DNA from: Calditrichaceae bacterium
GTDB taxonomy: Bacteria; Calditrichota; Calditrichia; Calditrichales; JBFXGD01
Length of the DNA: 64,000 bases
Assembly: GCA_050173015.1 (NCBI GenBank)
Contig: JBFXLE010000005.1
Span: 128,001-192,000 of the forward strand
Direction: 5' to 3'
This document shows, one piece after another, positions 54,832 to 64,000 of this stretch (positions within the stretch are counted from its first letter, which is position 1; every line of letters starts with the position of its first letter). A program made the position numbers and the translations under genes. A model generated the notes under the pieces. That model worked only from the letters and a program-made list of their open reading frames with translations, made no database searches and was not told the origin of the DNA.

Positions 54832-56967
54832 ATGCGAATTATTACGGTAGTCCTTTTTATTTTATTTACGTCAAATGTGTTCGCGCAAACCGCAAAGGCA
54901 AAATTCTTTATCGGTGAAGTGCGGGTGAAAAAAGCAACCGAGCAGGGAACCTGGAAAAATCTTACTCTAAAAACTGAGTTGGAAAACAAAGATCTGATCA
55001 GAACAGGTGAGAAATCCCGCTGCGAGATCCTGCTCCCTGATGGTTCGATTACTTATATTTCGGAAAACTCAATGCTGGAGCTTCGAAATATCAGCAATCC
55101 GGAAACTTCGGGAATAGAGATATTTACCGGATTTGGAAAATTTCTGTTTAAGGTTAAAAAAATAATTTCAGGAAACTTCCGGGTAGGAAGTCCGGCGGCG
55201 GTTGTCGCCATCCGGGGAACGGAATTTATTCTTATTAATGAAGGCGGCCAGACAGAGTTGATGGTAAAAAGCGGAGTCGTGGATTTCAGCGATCCGGCGC
55301 TGGTGACAACATTGCAGGTTCAGACAGGCCAGAAGTCCGTCACCATCGCGGGTGAAGCGCCGCAAACTCCGATGGTATTGAGTGAAAAAGACCTGGACCT
55401 TTTCGATGAAATGACGTCACAACCGGAAGAAATGAATCAGGATTCGCCAGAAACCGAAGAAACGGCCAAACCGGCGACTAAAGAAATTAATCAGGAACCA
55501 CAGCCCTCCACCGGAGATGACGCGCAGAAGCCGGATAAACGATCAAGTGATGGCCCGGGATTTAGCGCGGGTGTTTCAGTCGGCGCCGTTTTGATAGATG
55601 ATCAGATTTATAACCAGATCGGGATCCGGCCGGAGTTTTCCATAGGCAAGCTGGGAGTGGCTCTTGATTTAAGTTTATATATGGATAAAGACGGCAATAT
55701 CCGTGATGAGAACTGGGATGAGTTTAGTGATATATTCGAAAAAATTTATTATGTCCGTTGGGGTCAGAAAGGCGATCCGTTTTATGTAAAGGCGGGGGCG
55801 ATTGATAATTATCGTCTTGGATACGGCTTGCTTATGAACCATTATTCAAACACTATTGAATATCCGACGGTAATACGTACGGGAATGGAACTCGGGCTTC
55901 AGGGGGATAAATTCGGATTTGAAGGGATGGTCAATGATTTTGGTGAACTATCCGATGGCGGTGGTTTGACGGCCGGCAGAGTCACATATAAGATCCTGGG
56001 CGATCTGGAAATCGGAGCGAGCGTTGTTTATGATGTAAACCAGTACAAGTCGCTAAAAGACAGAGATGGGGATGGTATTCCTGATTATATAGATGATCTG
56101 CCTGATGATAAAAAATACTCGGTTGACACGGATGGCGACGGCGTGCCTGACGCGCTGGATCCTGACAGGGACGGTAACGGCTACTCCGACAATTACGCGG
56201 TTCTTCCGGATTCATCCTATTATAACGATGATCAGTTTAATGAAGGTAAATTAAAGAAAACCCCGTTTGATGTGGATGACGCGGATAATAAATCACAAAT
56301 AGGTTTCGCGCTGGATATCGCATACCCATGGATCAATTTTGATTATTTGAAACTGATCACCTATGGCCAGGTCGCGAAATTCGGCAACGACGGTGGATGG
56401 GGTATCGCGGCTCCGGGCGTGATGGCAAAGTTCGCGTTTATCAATGCGTATGCGGAATACCGTATTTATGATGAAAAATTTATTCCTGAATATTTTAACA
56501 CAACTTACGAACTGGAACGCGCGGTATTTACAACAGACAGTACCGGACAGCTGGTACCATATACAAAGAGACAACTTTTGGAATCGCTGAATGATAAAGC
56601 GACCGGTTTTGTGGTCGGCGCGGATTTTGATATTTTAAGTCTTATGATATTCGGGGCGGAATATCAACATATGAATAAAAGTGAAATCGAATTCAAAACT
56701 TTCAGGGCAAATCTGGACCTGAATACAAGCTTCCTGCCGAAAATCAACAGGGCCGGCGCCTATTATATCCAAAATAATGTTGTGGATCTGTTTGAAAAAA
56801 GTCCGGGGACGATATTGGGTTACCGTTTTGAATACGAGATCAGCGGAAATGCCTCGCTGTTGCTTGACTTCCGGCAGAATTACCGTGATTTAAACGGCGA
56901 CGGAAAAATCTCAGGGTCAAATGAGACCGTTAGAACAACAAATGTCCAGACGGTTTTCAGGTTTTGA
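54832..56967 (+). CDS. FecR-domain outer membrane protein with Ca-binding repeats
   Basis: IRTGEKSR...DGS, AIRGTEF; DRDGDGIPD/DTDGDGVPD repeats; terminal FRF. Confidence 0.7.
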   Translation: MRIITVVLFILFTSNVFAQTAKAKFFIGEVRVKKATEQGTWKNLTLKTELENKDLIRTGEKSRCEILLPDGSITYISENSMLELRNISNPETSGIEIFTGFGKFLFKVKKIISGNFRVGSPAAVVAIRGTEFILINEGGQTELMVKSGVVDFSDPALVTTLQVQTGQKSVTIAGEAPQTPMVLSEKDLDLFDEMTSQPEEMNQDSPETEETAKPATKEINQEPQPSTGDDAQKPDKRSSDGPGFSAGVSVGAVLIDDQIYNQIGIRPEFSIGKLGVALDLSLYMDKDGNIRDENWDEFSDIFEKIYYVRWGQKGDPFYVKAGAIDNYRLGYGLLMNHYSNTIEYPTVIRTGMELGLQGDKFGFEGMVNDFGELSDGGGLTAGRVTYKILGDLEIGASVVYDVNQYKSLKDRDGDGIPDYIDDLPDDKKYSVDTDGDGVPDALDPDRDGNGYSDNYAVLPDSSYYNDDQFNEGKLKKTPFDVDDADNKSQIGFALDIAYPWINFDYLKLITYGQVAKFGNDGGWGIAAPGVMAKFAFINAYAEYRIYDEKFIPEYFNTTYELERAVFTTDSTGQLVPYTKRQLLESLNDKATGFVVGADFDILSLMIFGAEYQHMNKSEIEFKTFRANLDLNTSFLPKINRAGAYYIQNNVVDLFEKSPGTILGYRFEYEISGNASLLLDFRQNYRDLNGDGKISGSNETVRTTNVQTVFRF

Positions 56968-56990
56968 TAATTAATTTGTGTTGAATTATG

Positions 56991-57027
56991 AAGCGTAATA
57001 CCCAAAAGGTATTGCGCTTTTTTTTTT
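56991..57027 (+). terminator. Intrinsic terminator
   Basis: AAGCGTAATACC / GGTATTGCGCTT plus T-tract. Confidence 0.85.
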
Positions 57028-57221
57028 GATAATCGAGCTGTTTGGCCTTCAAATTACCAGATAAATTTGAACTGAAAAATCGCCGCGAAAAATTATTTTA
57101 AATATTTATTCATTTTTGATTGTTTTCATTTGTCATTTTTGTTATCTATATCTTACGGAAATCGCAAAACAAAATTTGTGATCCAAAAATAAATAAATTA
57201 TAATTCGAATCAAATTGGAGA

Positions 57222-57491
57222 TTGCTAATGCAAAAACAAACAGCAATAAATTTGATTGAAGAAACCCGTTATTTAATCGGGAAAGACATAGAACTTAAAA
57301 GATTAGATCTGGATTCCGATAAATACAGCACAGAAACATTTAAAATTCTGGATAATTCTTCAATTATATCTTTAACGAATCCTTCGAGCTCCAGGGTCTG
57401 TCTTGATGTATATGCAAAAGTTGAAAATCAGATGACCAGTGAAGTTCTTCATATCTCCCTGAAAAAACTGGCAGAACTGTATCTCTCATAA
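57222..57491 (+). CDS. Small hypothetical protein
   Basis: GGAG RBS, plausible composition; start TTG 57222 or ATG 57228. Confidence 0.5.
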   Translation: MLMQKQTAINLIEETRYLIGKDIELKRLDLDSDKYSTETFKILDNSSIISLTNPSSSRVCLDVYAKVENQMTSEVLHISLKKLAELYLS

Positions 57492-57515
57492 CGCCCGGAT
57501 TTATAGCCACCGCAA

Positions 57516-58574
57516 TCAGGGAAATTTAAGTTCAATCCCAAATCGCGGTTTTCCCCGCAGATTTAATTTGAACGGATCTGATTCCGAATCAACGTTTTGA
57601 CCGACCCGGTAGCCTGATTTGAGTTTGTTTGCAAATTCGAGACTGTATCCGGCAAACAGGTGAATATCAACCACATCAAGTGAAATCCCTCCTCCGATGC
57701 CGATAATCGGCTCGAGAATTTCCGCCATTCTGAGCCCCCCCAGCAGGTGGATAGATGTGCCGATGGTTTTGGCCTTCGTGTCTACCGGTTTCAGATGATA
57801 GTTTATCACCCCGAATCCCGCCACGTCCGCCGACGGTTTAGGGCGGATGATAATTTTTCCGTCGCTGCCCACTTTCAGATCCACATCATCAGCGCTGGTT
57901 ACCGCCAGAGCGATACCATAACTCCATCGTTCAAGAGAAGTGTTGTCAAATACGGCGCTGGCAAGTACGTTTGGAGATGAAAGATCTTCTTTTACGATGA
58001 TAGACAGGTCACTGAATTTTTGATATGATTTTGGAATGGTGAATTTACGGATGTCAACCCAGGTTTCCTGACCCGCCAGACCGGGGAGCGCCTGTGCCCG
58101 GGTAAATGGACCGAACAGTCCCAGAAAACCCGGAAGATTTTCAAGAAAAGGAGAACTTTTTGCGGTTGCCATCAGGGAAATAAATGAAGGGGCCTGTGGT
58201 GAGCGGGAGATAAAAATATAATACAGGTTATCCTCCTTTAATCCATAAAGACGAGTGTTGAAGAAGTCCGTATTTTCATGCAGGATACCCATTGGCGCGA
58301 ACTCATCCATAAAATGGGCAACCACAATATAATAGTTTTTTGGATCAAGCTTATATCCCGCGCCTTCGATGACTTTCTTCAGATTAAAGACGGCGCTGTC
58401 GGCCTGATTCTCAAGAAACCAGCGATACGCCTTGCCGTAGTATTCTTCACTGTCATCATAAACGAATGGCGCGCCGGGAATTTGCTTTGGAACCAGAATG
58501 GTTCTCTCCTGGGCATAGACTGTTGTTACCAGGAAAACAGTGCACATAATGATGTTAATACAGATATGACGCAT
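57516..58574 (-). CDS. Exported hypothetical protein
   Basis: Signal peptide ending VYA-Q; beta-strand-like C-terminus. Confidence 0.65.
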   Translation of the reverse strand: MRHICINIIMCTVFLVTTVYAQERTILVPKQIPGAPFVYDDSEEYYGKAYRWFLENQADSAVFNLKKVIEGAGYKLDPKNYYIVVAHFMDEFAPMGILHENTDFFNTRLYGLKEDNLYYIFISRSPQAPSFISLMATAKSSPFLENLPGFLGLFGPFTRAQALPGLAGQETWVDIRKFTIPKSYQKFSDLSIIVKEDLSSPNVLASAVFDNTSLERWSYGIALAVTSADDVDLKVGSDGKIIIRPKPSADVAGFGVINYHLKPVDTKAKTIGTSIHLLGGLRMAEILEPIIGIGGGISLDVVDIHLFAGYSLEFANKLKSGYRVGQNVDSESDPFKLNLRGKPRFGIELKFP

Positions 58575-58624
58575 GATACCCCCAATCTTTTACATGCGGT
58601 GAATTATTAAATCATAAAAGATAT

Positions 58625-59671
58625 TTACTGTTTTTCAATAAATAATGTTTGGGTCGGATAGGCAAACTCAATTTTATTCTCCCCGAATTTACGGATGAGC
58701 TCCAGATTGATTCCCTGTTGCGTATCCATATAAACAGTGTAATCAGGACTTTCCATCCAATAAACGATTTCAAAATTAAGAGAAGAATCGCCAAAGCCTT
58801 TAAAATGCGCTCTGTCAAACCGGGCCAAATCCTGTTTGGTGATAATATCTTTAATCATTCCGGGAATGGCTTTCAAATTATCCGCAGAGGTCTGATAAGT
58901 CACGCCTATGGAGAATACGACCCGACGCTCGGACATCCTTTTATAGTTGCGAATCCGGCTATTCAGCAAATCACTGTTTGAAAATACAAGCTGTTCTCCG
59001 GAAAGGCTGCGAATACGGGTTGTTTTTAAACCGATGTGTTCGATGGTCCCCATATAACTGTCAATAATGATAAAGTCTCCGAGAACAAACGGCTTGTCCA
59101 GAATGATTGAAAGCGACGCGAACAAATCACCGAGCACATTTTGTACCGCGAGGGCAACCGCGATACCACCAACGCCCAGACCCGCAACAAGCGCTGTGAC
59201 ATTTATGCCGAGGTTGTCAAGGGCGAGGAGGCTGATGACGGACCACAGAATAAGCCGGCTGACAAATCCAAGGGCAGAAAAAGTTGTCGCGCTGGCAGCG
59301 TCTTCTTCCATTTTTTGACTTTGGTAACGCTTTAACCAGTAGTTGATAATTTCGCTTCCCCAAATCGCGCCCTGAAACAACAATGAAATAATGAGCAGCT
59401 TAATCATGATTTCTCTGCCTGTTTCGGGAAGCGAGAGATACAGGGAGCCGGTATATACAGAAACATAAATTAAAAACCAGAGTTTGATTTTATCGATCAA
59501 TCCGGCAATCATATCATCAATATCAGTTTTTGTCCTTTTTGCCAGGGATAGAATGCGCCGGTGCAGCAGGCTTTTTATAATACGCAGACCGATCAGAACT
59601 AAAACCGCGATAATAATTACCGTTAACCAGGACTTGAAGGTGTTGTTATAAAAAACCTGATCAAAAAACAT
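58625..59671 (-). CDS. Small-conductance mechanosensitive channel (MscS family)
   Basis: LVAGLGVGGIAVALA, DKPFVLGD, IGLKTTRIR, IEFAYPT. Confidence 0.93.
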   Translation of the reverse strand: MFFDQVFYNNTFKSWLTVIIIAVLVLIGLRIIKSLLHRRILSLAKRTKTDIDDMIAGLIDKIKLWFLIYVSVYTGSLYLSLPETGREIMIKLLIISLLFQGAIWGSEIINYWLKRYQSQKMEEDAASATTFSALGFVSRLILWSVISLLALDNLGINVTALVAGLGVGGIAVALAVQNVLGDLFASLSIILDKPFVLGDFIIIDSYMGTIEHIGLKTTRIRSLSGEQLVFSNSDLLNSRIRNYKRMSERRVVFSIGVTYQTSADNLKAIPGMIKDIITKQDLARFDRAHFKGFGDSSLNFEIVYWMESPDYTVYMDTQQGINLELIRKFGENKIEFAYPTQTLFIEKQ

Positions 59672-59812
59672 GAAATATCTCCTTTGTTTTAAAGAACCGG
59701 GAAAAATGCCAACATGGAAATTTATTAAAAATTGTCAGAAAGTAATATGTTTCTAATAAAAACTACCCTTCATATTATGTTACTAAATAAATTCAAAGTC
59801 AATACTTTAGAT

Positions 59813-60721
59813 TTATTCATACGGTGGTGACTTGTCACTGTTTTTTGGTTTTGTATTTGGAAAAGTCCAGTTGATCTCCGCGGTGATCATCCCGAATACA
59901 ATTAGCAGGCCTCCGAGCCACCCGGTAAAAGGCAAAATTTCTCCCGCGATCAGAAAGGCAAACAAAGCGGCAAATACCGGTTCCATGGAGAAAACAAGCG
60001 CGGTTCGCGTGGCGGTGGTGAATCGCTGCATAGCTGTCTGCATCAAAAATGTATACACGGTGCCGAAAAGCGCGAGATAAAGCAGCACGTAAAGATAAAT
60101 AGTCGTCGGAATAAAACCCGGACTTTCTGAAAAGGGTAAAGTGGAAAGGCTTAAGATCGAAACCGCGATGAGCTGAACGGCGGTCAGAACATAGATGTTA
60201 TGCAGACGGGCGTATTTTCCGGTCAGGATGACATGAAAAGTAACCGAGAAGGTGCACACGAGAACCAGATAATCACCATAATTCCATTTAAGAGGATTAC
60301 CGCCTGAAAGCAGCAAAAGCCCCGCCGTTGCCAGAGCGACACCGGCAAGAGAATTTAGTCGCGGGTGAGCGCGAAAGAACAGGATACCAAATGCCGGAAC
60401 AAAGACGACGGAAAGTCCGGTGATAAATCCGGCGTTTGAAGCGCTCGTGTGCTGGATACCCCACATCTGAAACAGGTAAGAGATAAAAAGGAAAATACCA
60501 AGAATCGCGCCGTGTGTGACTGTTGAACGGTCAATAAGTTTTCGATGGGGTATCGCGATCAGCGTCATAAAAAAGGCGGCAAGAGAAAGGCGAATCGCCA
60601 GGAACGTCTGAAGGGGAACGGACTCAAGGGTCAATTTGGAAATAATAAACGTCGTTCCCCAAAAAACGGTAACGGACAATAGCAAAAGATCGGCCCTGGT
60701 TTTTGATATCTGTTTTGTCAT
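59813..60721 (-). CDS. DMT/EamA family transporter
   Basis: WGTTF, AGFITGL, EPVFA; about ten TM helices. Confidence 0.9.
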   Translation of the reverse strand: MTKQISKTRADLLLLSVTVFWGTTFIISKLTLESVPLQTFLAIRLSLAAFFMTLIAIPHRKLIDRSTVTHGAILGIFLFISYLFQMWGIQHTSASNAGFITGLSVVFVPAFGILFFRAHPRLNSLAGVALATAGLLLLSGGNPLKWNYGDYLVLVCTFSVTFHVILTGKYARLHNIYVLTAVQLIAVSILSLSTLPFSESPGFIPTTIYLYVLLYLALFGTVYTFLMQTAMQRFTTATRTALVFSMEPVFAALFAFLIAGEILPFTGWLGGLLIVFGMITAEINWTFPNTKPKNSDKSPPYE

Positions 60722-60791
60722 AATACGCAGGTCTCTCCGCTTTGCCGTTTAAAAGAAAAAATAAATTCAAAAAGTTGAGTCATGATATCTA

Positions 60792-61301
60792 TCAGTATTT
60801 ATCATGATCGTGATCGTTTTCTTCATCTTCATCATGATCTTCTTTATTCTTTTCGGTTAAAGCGGAGCCGGTATTTGATGTCATACCGGTCCATGATTGG
60901 ATGAGCGCCAGGTCAGTCCGGCTGAGTCTTGCGTCGCTATGGATTAAAGTGTATTGCCAAAGCGGCATTTCACCTTCAGAAACTTCCTCCCATATCTCTT
61001 TGATTTTTTTGTTTCTTTTTTCAGCATCAAAACGATTCCAGGTAGAGAAATTAAGCTCTTTTCTAGCCTCTTTTACATCGTATGCCACAAGCCATGAGGC
61101 CGGCGCCACATAACTGTACCAGGGCCATTTGACTTCATTTGAATGACAGTCATAGCAGGCGCGTTTAAGAACGGTTTTAACTTCATCCGGAGCGGGTACT
61201 TCCGTTTCCACAGGCGGATTAGACCGGGATACGGGAACAAGCTGTATGGCGGCGAAAAAAAGGACAATAACAATGAGTGATGTACGTTTAATGTTTTTCA
61301 T
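60792..61301 (-). CDS. Heme-binding domain protein (single CxxCH)
   Basis: ACYDCHSN..WPWYSYVAP, LNFS, EMP; His/acidic tail. Confidence 0.85.
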   Translation of the reverse strand: MKNIKRTSLIVIVLFFAAIQLVPVSRSNPPVETEVPAPDEVKTVLKRACYDCHSNEVKWPWYSYVAPASWLVAYDVKEARKELNFSTWNRFDAEKRNKKIKEIWEEVSEGEMPLWQYTLIHSDARLSRTDLALIQSWTGMTSNTGSALTEKNKEDHDEDEENDHDHDKY

Positions 61302-61329
61302 GGCGAAAGATCTCCCAATTTATTCTGTT

Positions 61330-62493
61330 TCAGTGAGATTTTTTTAAAGCCTGATCAAAATCGTAAATAATATCATCAACATCTTCAATACCGATGGAAA
61401 CGCGGATAAGGTGGTCTGATATACCCAGATTTTTTCTGTCGCTTGTGGAAAGGCCTGAGTGTGATGTTGTCGCCGGACGCGTCAGCAGAGTTTCGACACC
61501 GCCGAGACTGGGAGCGATGATAGGAATGGTGGTGTTTTGCATAAATTTTTTCGCGGCAACGACGCCTCCTTTTGGTTCAAAGCTAAGCATACCCGAGAAG
61601 CCGTCAAACAGTTTTACCGCGCGGAAATATCCCTCATTGCTCTCGAGTCCGGGATAGTTCACATTTTTTATATCCGGATGATTTTCCAGAAATTTCGCAA
61701 CTTTTAATCCGCTTTCATTATGCTGTTTCATTCTCAAAACAAGCGTTTTCATGCCCCGGTGCAGTAAAAAACAGGCATGAGGATCGAGCGCGCCTCCGAG
61801 CAGTTTTAGTTTCAGGGCGGCTCTTTCAACCAAATCTGCTTTTCCGATCACCGCGCCGGCAACGATATCCGAATGTCCGTTTAAATACTTTGTGCCGCTG
61901 TGAAGGGAAAGATCAAATCCGAATTCCGGCGGTCTGAAATTGACAGGGCTGGCAAAGGTGTTGTCAATCATCGAAATAAGACCGTTTAATTTTGAAAATT
62001 CAACGACCGCCTGAAGATCCGCCACCTGCAGAAGCGGATTGGTCATGCTCTCTACATAAATAACTTTAGTATTGGATTTTATTTTGGTTTTCCACGTATC
62101 CGGATGCCGGGCGTCGATGAAATCATAACCAATGCCGTATTCCGGCAGCACCTGAGTAATAAAGGTGTGCGCGCCTCCGTAAAGACAATCCTGAGCGAGA
62201 AGGTGATCCCCGGAGCGAAGGCAGCTTAGCAGAGCGGCGGATATGGCTGCCATTCCGCTTCCGGCAACCAAAGCGGATTCAGCGTTTTCCAAAGCCGCCA
62301 GCTTTAGATTTAACGCGATATGGTTTGGTGTATTGTTCAGACGGATATATTTAAGCATCTCATGATCGCCTTCGCCTTTGAATTCGTACATGGCGGTTTG
62401 AAATATCGGCATACTTACCGCACCGCTGATTAGAGGGTCGGGTTCGCCGGCATGAATGACTTTTGTGGCGAGTTTATCGGAGTTGTTTTTCAT
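61330..62493 (-). CDS. Cys/Met metabolism PLP enzyme (cystathionine gamma-synthase/lyase family)
   Basis: SGMAAI, ESMTNP, DNTFASP, HSGTKYLNGHSD, SLGGVE. Confidence 0.92.
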   Translation of the reverse strand: MKNNSDKLATKVIHAGEPDPLISGAVSMPIFQTAMYEFKGEGDHEMLKYIRLNNTPNHIALNLKLAALENAESALVAGSGMAAISAALLSCLRSGDHLLAQDCLYGGAHTFITQVLPEYGIGYDFIDARHPDTWKTKIKSNTKVIYVESMTNPLLQVADLQAVVEFSKLNGLISMIDNTFASPVNFRPPEFGFDLSLHSGTKYLNGHSDIVAGAVIGKADLVERAALKLKLLGGALDPHACFLLHRGMKTLVLRMKQHNESGLKVAKFLENHPDIKNVNYPGLESNEGYFRAVKLFDGFSGMLSFEPKGGVVAAKKFMQNTTIPIIAPSLGGVETLLTRPATTSHSGLSTSDRKNLGISDHLIRVSIGIEDVDDIIYDFDQALKKSH

Positions 62494-62668
62494 AAGCCCC
62501 CCAAGTTAAAAATTTACAATGATAAAATCAGAGTTTCTAACGTTAAAATTATATAAAAAGACACAATCCGGGCAATTAATTTCTAATATTTGATTTAATC
62601 CCAATATAAACGCTTCAACACTCTTAGGGGAGATAAATGTTCCGGCGGTGGATGTTTTCTGAGTCAGG

Positions 62669-63388
62669 TCAAAACCTGGATGAAGAATCCGGGTAAAGGA
62701 TCTCCATCGGAAAGCCGTAAGCGTCTTTATCGGGATGTTCCGGGATGCTTTTAATCATCTCCGGCGGAGACGCGGCGGTGACGGCGAGAATCAGCGCGTC
62801 GAGAATATCATCTCTGGCGACATCACTCCGTTTGAAGCGGCTTAATGCCGTGTTATAAATTTTCGGCAGTGATAATTGGATGTTGTTGAGTATTTGTAAA
62901 CGCTTATTAACTCCATGAATGGTCTTCTTACTGTTTTTTAAGGGTTGGCCGTTTAATGACTGAAAACAGATTTCCGGATGGGATTCATGTATTTTAATCC
63001 GCGCTTGGCCTTGTGAGGATAATAAGATGTCCGTTTGCCGGATTTTTGGAATGATATTCCATGTCTGAACGGATAATTTTTTACCCAGGGTTTTCTGGTT
63101 GATCAATGAGGCGTCCCTGTAATTCGCCGCGTAAACCGCGTCACGGCATGGGGCGGGGAAAATACTTGAAGGGCGGGATTTTAATATCTTCCGGGCAAGG
63201 ATATCGCATTCTCTCGCCCGCGAGGAGGGCAGGCCAATGGGGATATCGATCAAAATCATGGAAGACTCCCGAAACTCATCCCAAAGCATGGCGAGTTCCG
63301 GGAATAGCTTTAATTCGCCGTTAAAATCAGTATCGATACCGGCGGCAATCCACCCGGCGCGGCAACCGTCAACTCCAACGAATCTCAT
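62669..63388 (-). CDS. DUF429 family protein (predicted RNase H-like nuclease)
   Basis: GVDGCRAGW, IDIPIGL, ESHPE, DDILDA. Confidence 0.85.
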   Translation of the reverse strand: MRFVGVDGCRAGWIAAGIDTDFNGELKLFPELAMLWDEFRESSMILIDIPIGLPSSRARECDILARKILKSRPSSIFPAPCRDAVYAANYRDASLINQKTLGKKLSVQTWNIIPKIRQTDILLSSQGQARIKIHESHPEICFQSLNGQPLKNSKKTIHGVNKRLQILNNIQLSLPKIYNTALSRFKRSDVARDDILDALILAVTAASPPEMIKSIPEHPDKDAYGFPMEILYPDSSSRF

Positions 63389-63392
63389 TTTA

Positions 63393-64000
63393 TTAATTTG
63401 TCAATCCGCGTTCATAATACCAATCTTCAAGCTTCAGATAACCTCTCAATGCTCCGGCGGTTATGATACGCAAGGGTTCCGGCGGCCAGGGGATAACTCG
63501 CGGATTAACAAATGGGCTGTCGGTCAGGTCGGTCTGTCGTTCAAGGAGCATATCACACATGGTTTTGGCATTCAGGTGACTCATAGACACACCATGACCA
63601 ATGCACCCGATGGAATAAACCGCGTTTTTGTTTTTGATATATCCCATCGCGGGAGTCAGGGTAACGGTCACCGAAAAAGGGCCGCCCCATCGATGGCTGA
63701 TTTTTACATTTGCCAGAGAGGGAAACAAAAATCGCAGATGATTATCAAGATGATTCCATGCCGCCTTGCTCTCGTCGCCGTGAAGATCGTTCGCGTAAGT
63801 TAATCCGACGGGACCGCCTCCGATCACAACACGCTTATCCGGCGTAATGCGGTAGTAATGAATAAGATTGCGGGCATCCTCCACGCCTTCCTGACCCAGC
63901 CAGCATATCGGTTCAAGCTGTTCGGAAGATAGAGGTTCGGTAGCGATCATATATGTAAAAGCCGGAATTTGCTTTCTTTTTAGATCTGGAAACAGGTGCG
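63393..64000 (-). CDS. FAD-dependent oxidoreductase (DAO/PuuB-like), N-terminus outside the window
   Basis: Frame is open to the window edge; [29 protein letters not shown]. Confidence 0.8.
   Translation of the reverse strand, partial: HLFPDLKRKQIPAFTYMIATEPLSSEQLEPICWLGQEGVEDARNLIHYYRITPDKRVVIGGGPVGLTYANDLHGDESKAAWNHLDNHLRFLFPSLANVKISHRWGGPFSVTVTLTPAMGYIKNKNAVYSIGCIGHGVSMSHLNAKTMCDMLLERQTDLTDSPFVNPRVIPWPPEPLRIITAGALRGYLKLEDWYYERGLTN

Overview
Bacterial chromosome segment, probably from the FCB superphylum (Calditrichota/KSB1-like; inferred from protein families and an NYPNPFNP/FlgD-type C-terminal sorting domain). 1-24 kb is housekeeping: antiporters, galT-glgA-gmhB, rpiB-glyA-tatC, a polyprenyl synthase, LPS core genes, an aminotransferase, and nifJ followed by a DHODH-like gene. 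38.4-64 kb is ordinary accessory metabolism, repair and envelope genes. The 25-38.3 kb hotspot holds two mobile-DNA structures. (1) An integron-like gene-cassette array follows a truncated, co-oriented tyrosine recombinase. It has six ~128-133 bp attC-like palindromes delimiting a metallopeptidase lipoprotein, a two-gene DNA methyltransferase + nuclease-like/DGQHR cassette (candidate defence system), an Lnt-like hydrolase, a CPBP protease, an ORF-less unit and a full katG. A 128-bp imperfect direct repeat brackets the whole array. (2) A REP-associated HUH/Y1 transposase sits between two CRISPR-look-alike arrays of 26 co-oriented C-GAA-G hairpin repeats with a small, shuffled spacer repertoire. 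No rRNA or tRNA was recognised. All family assignments come from motif recognition by eye; no database search was run.
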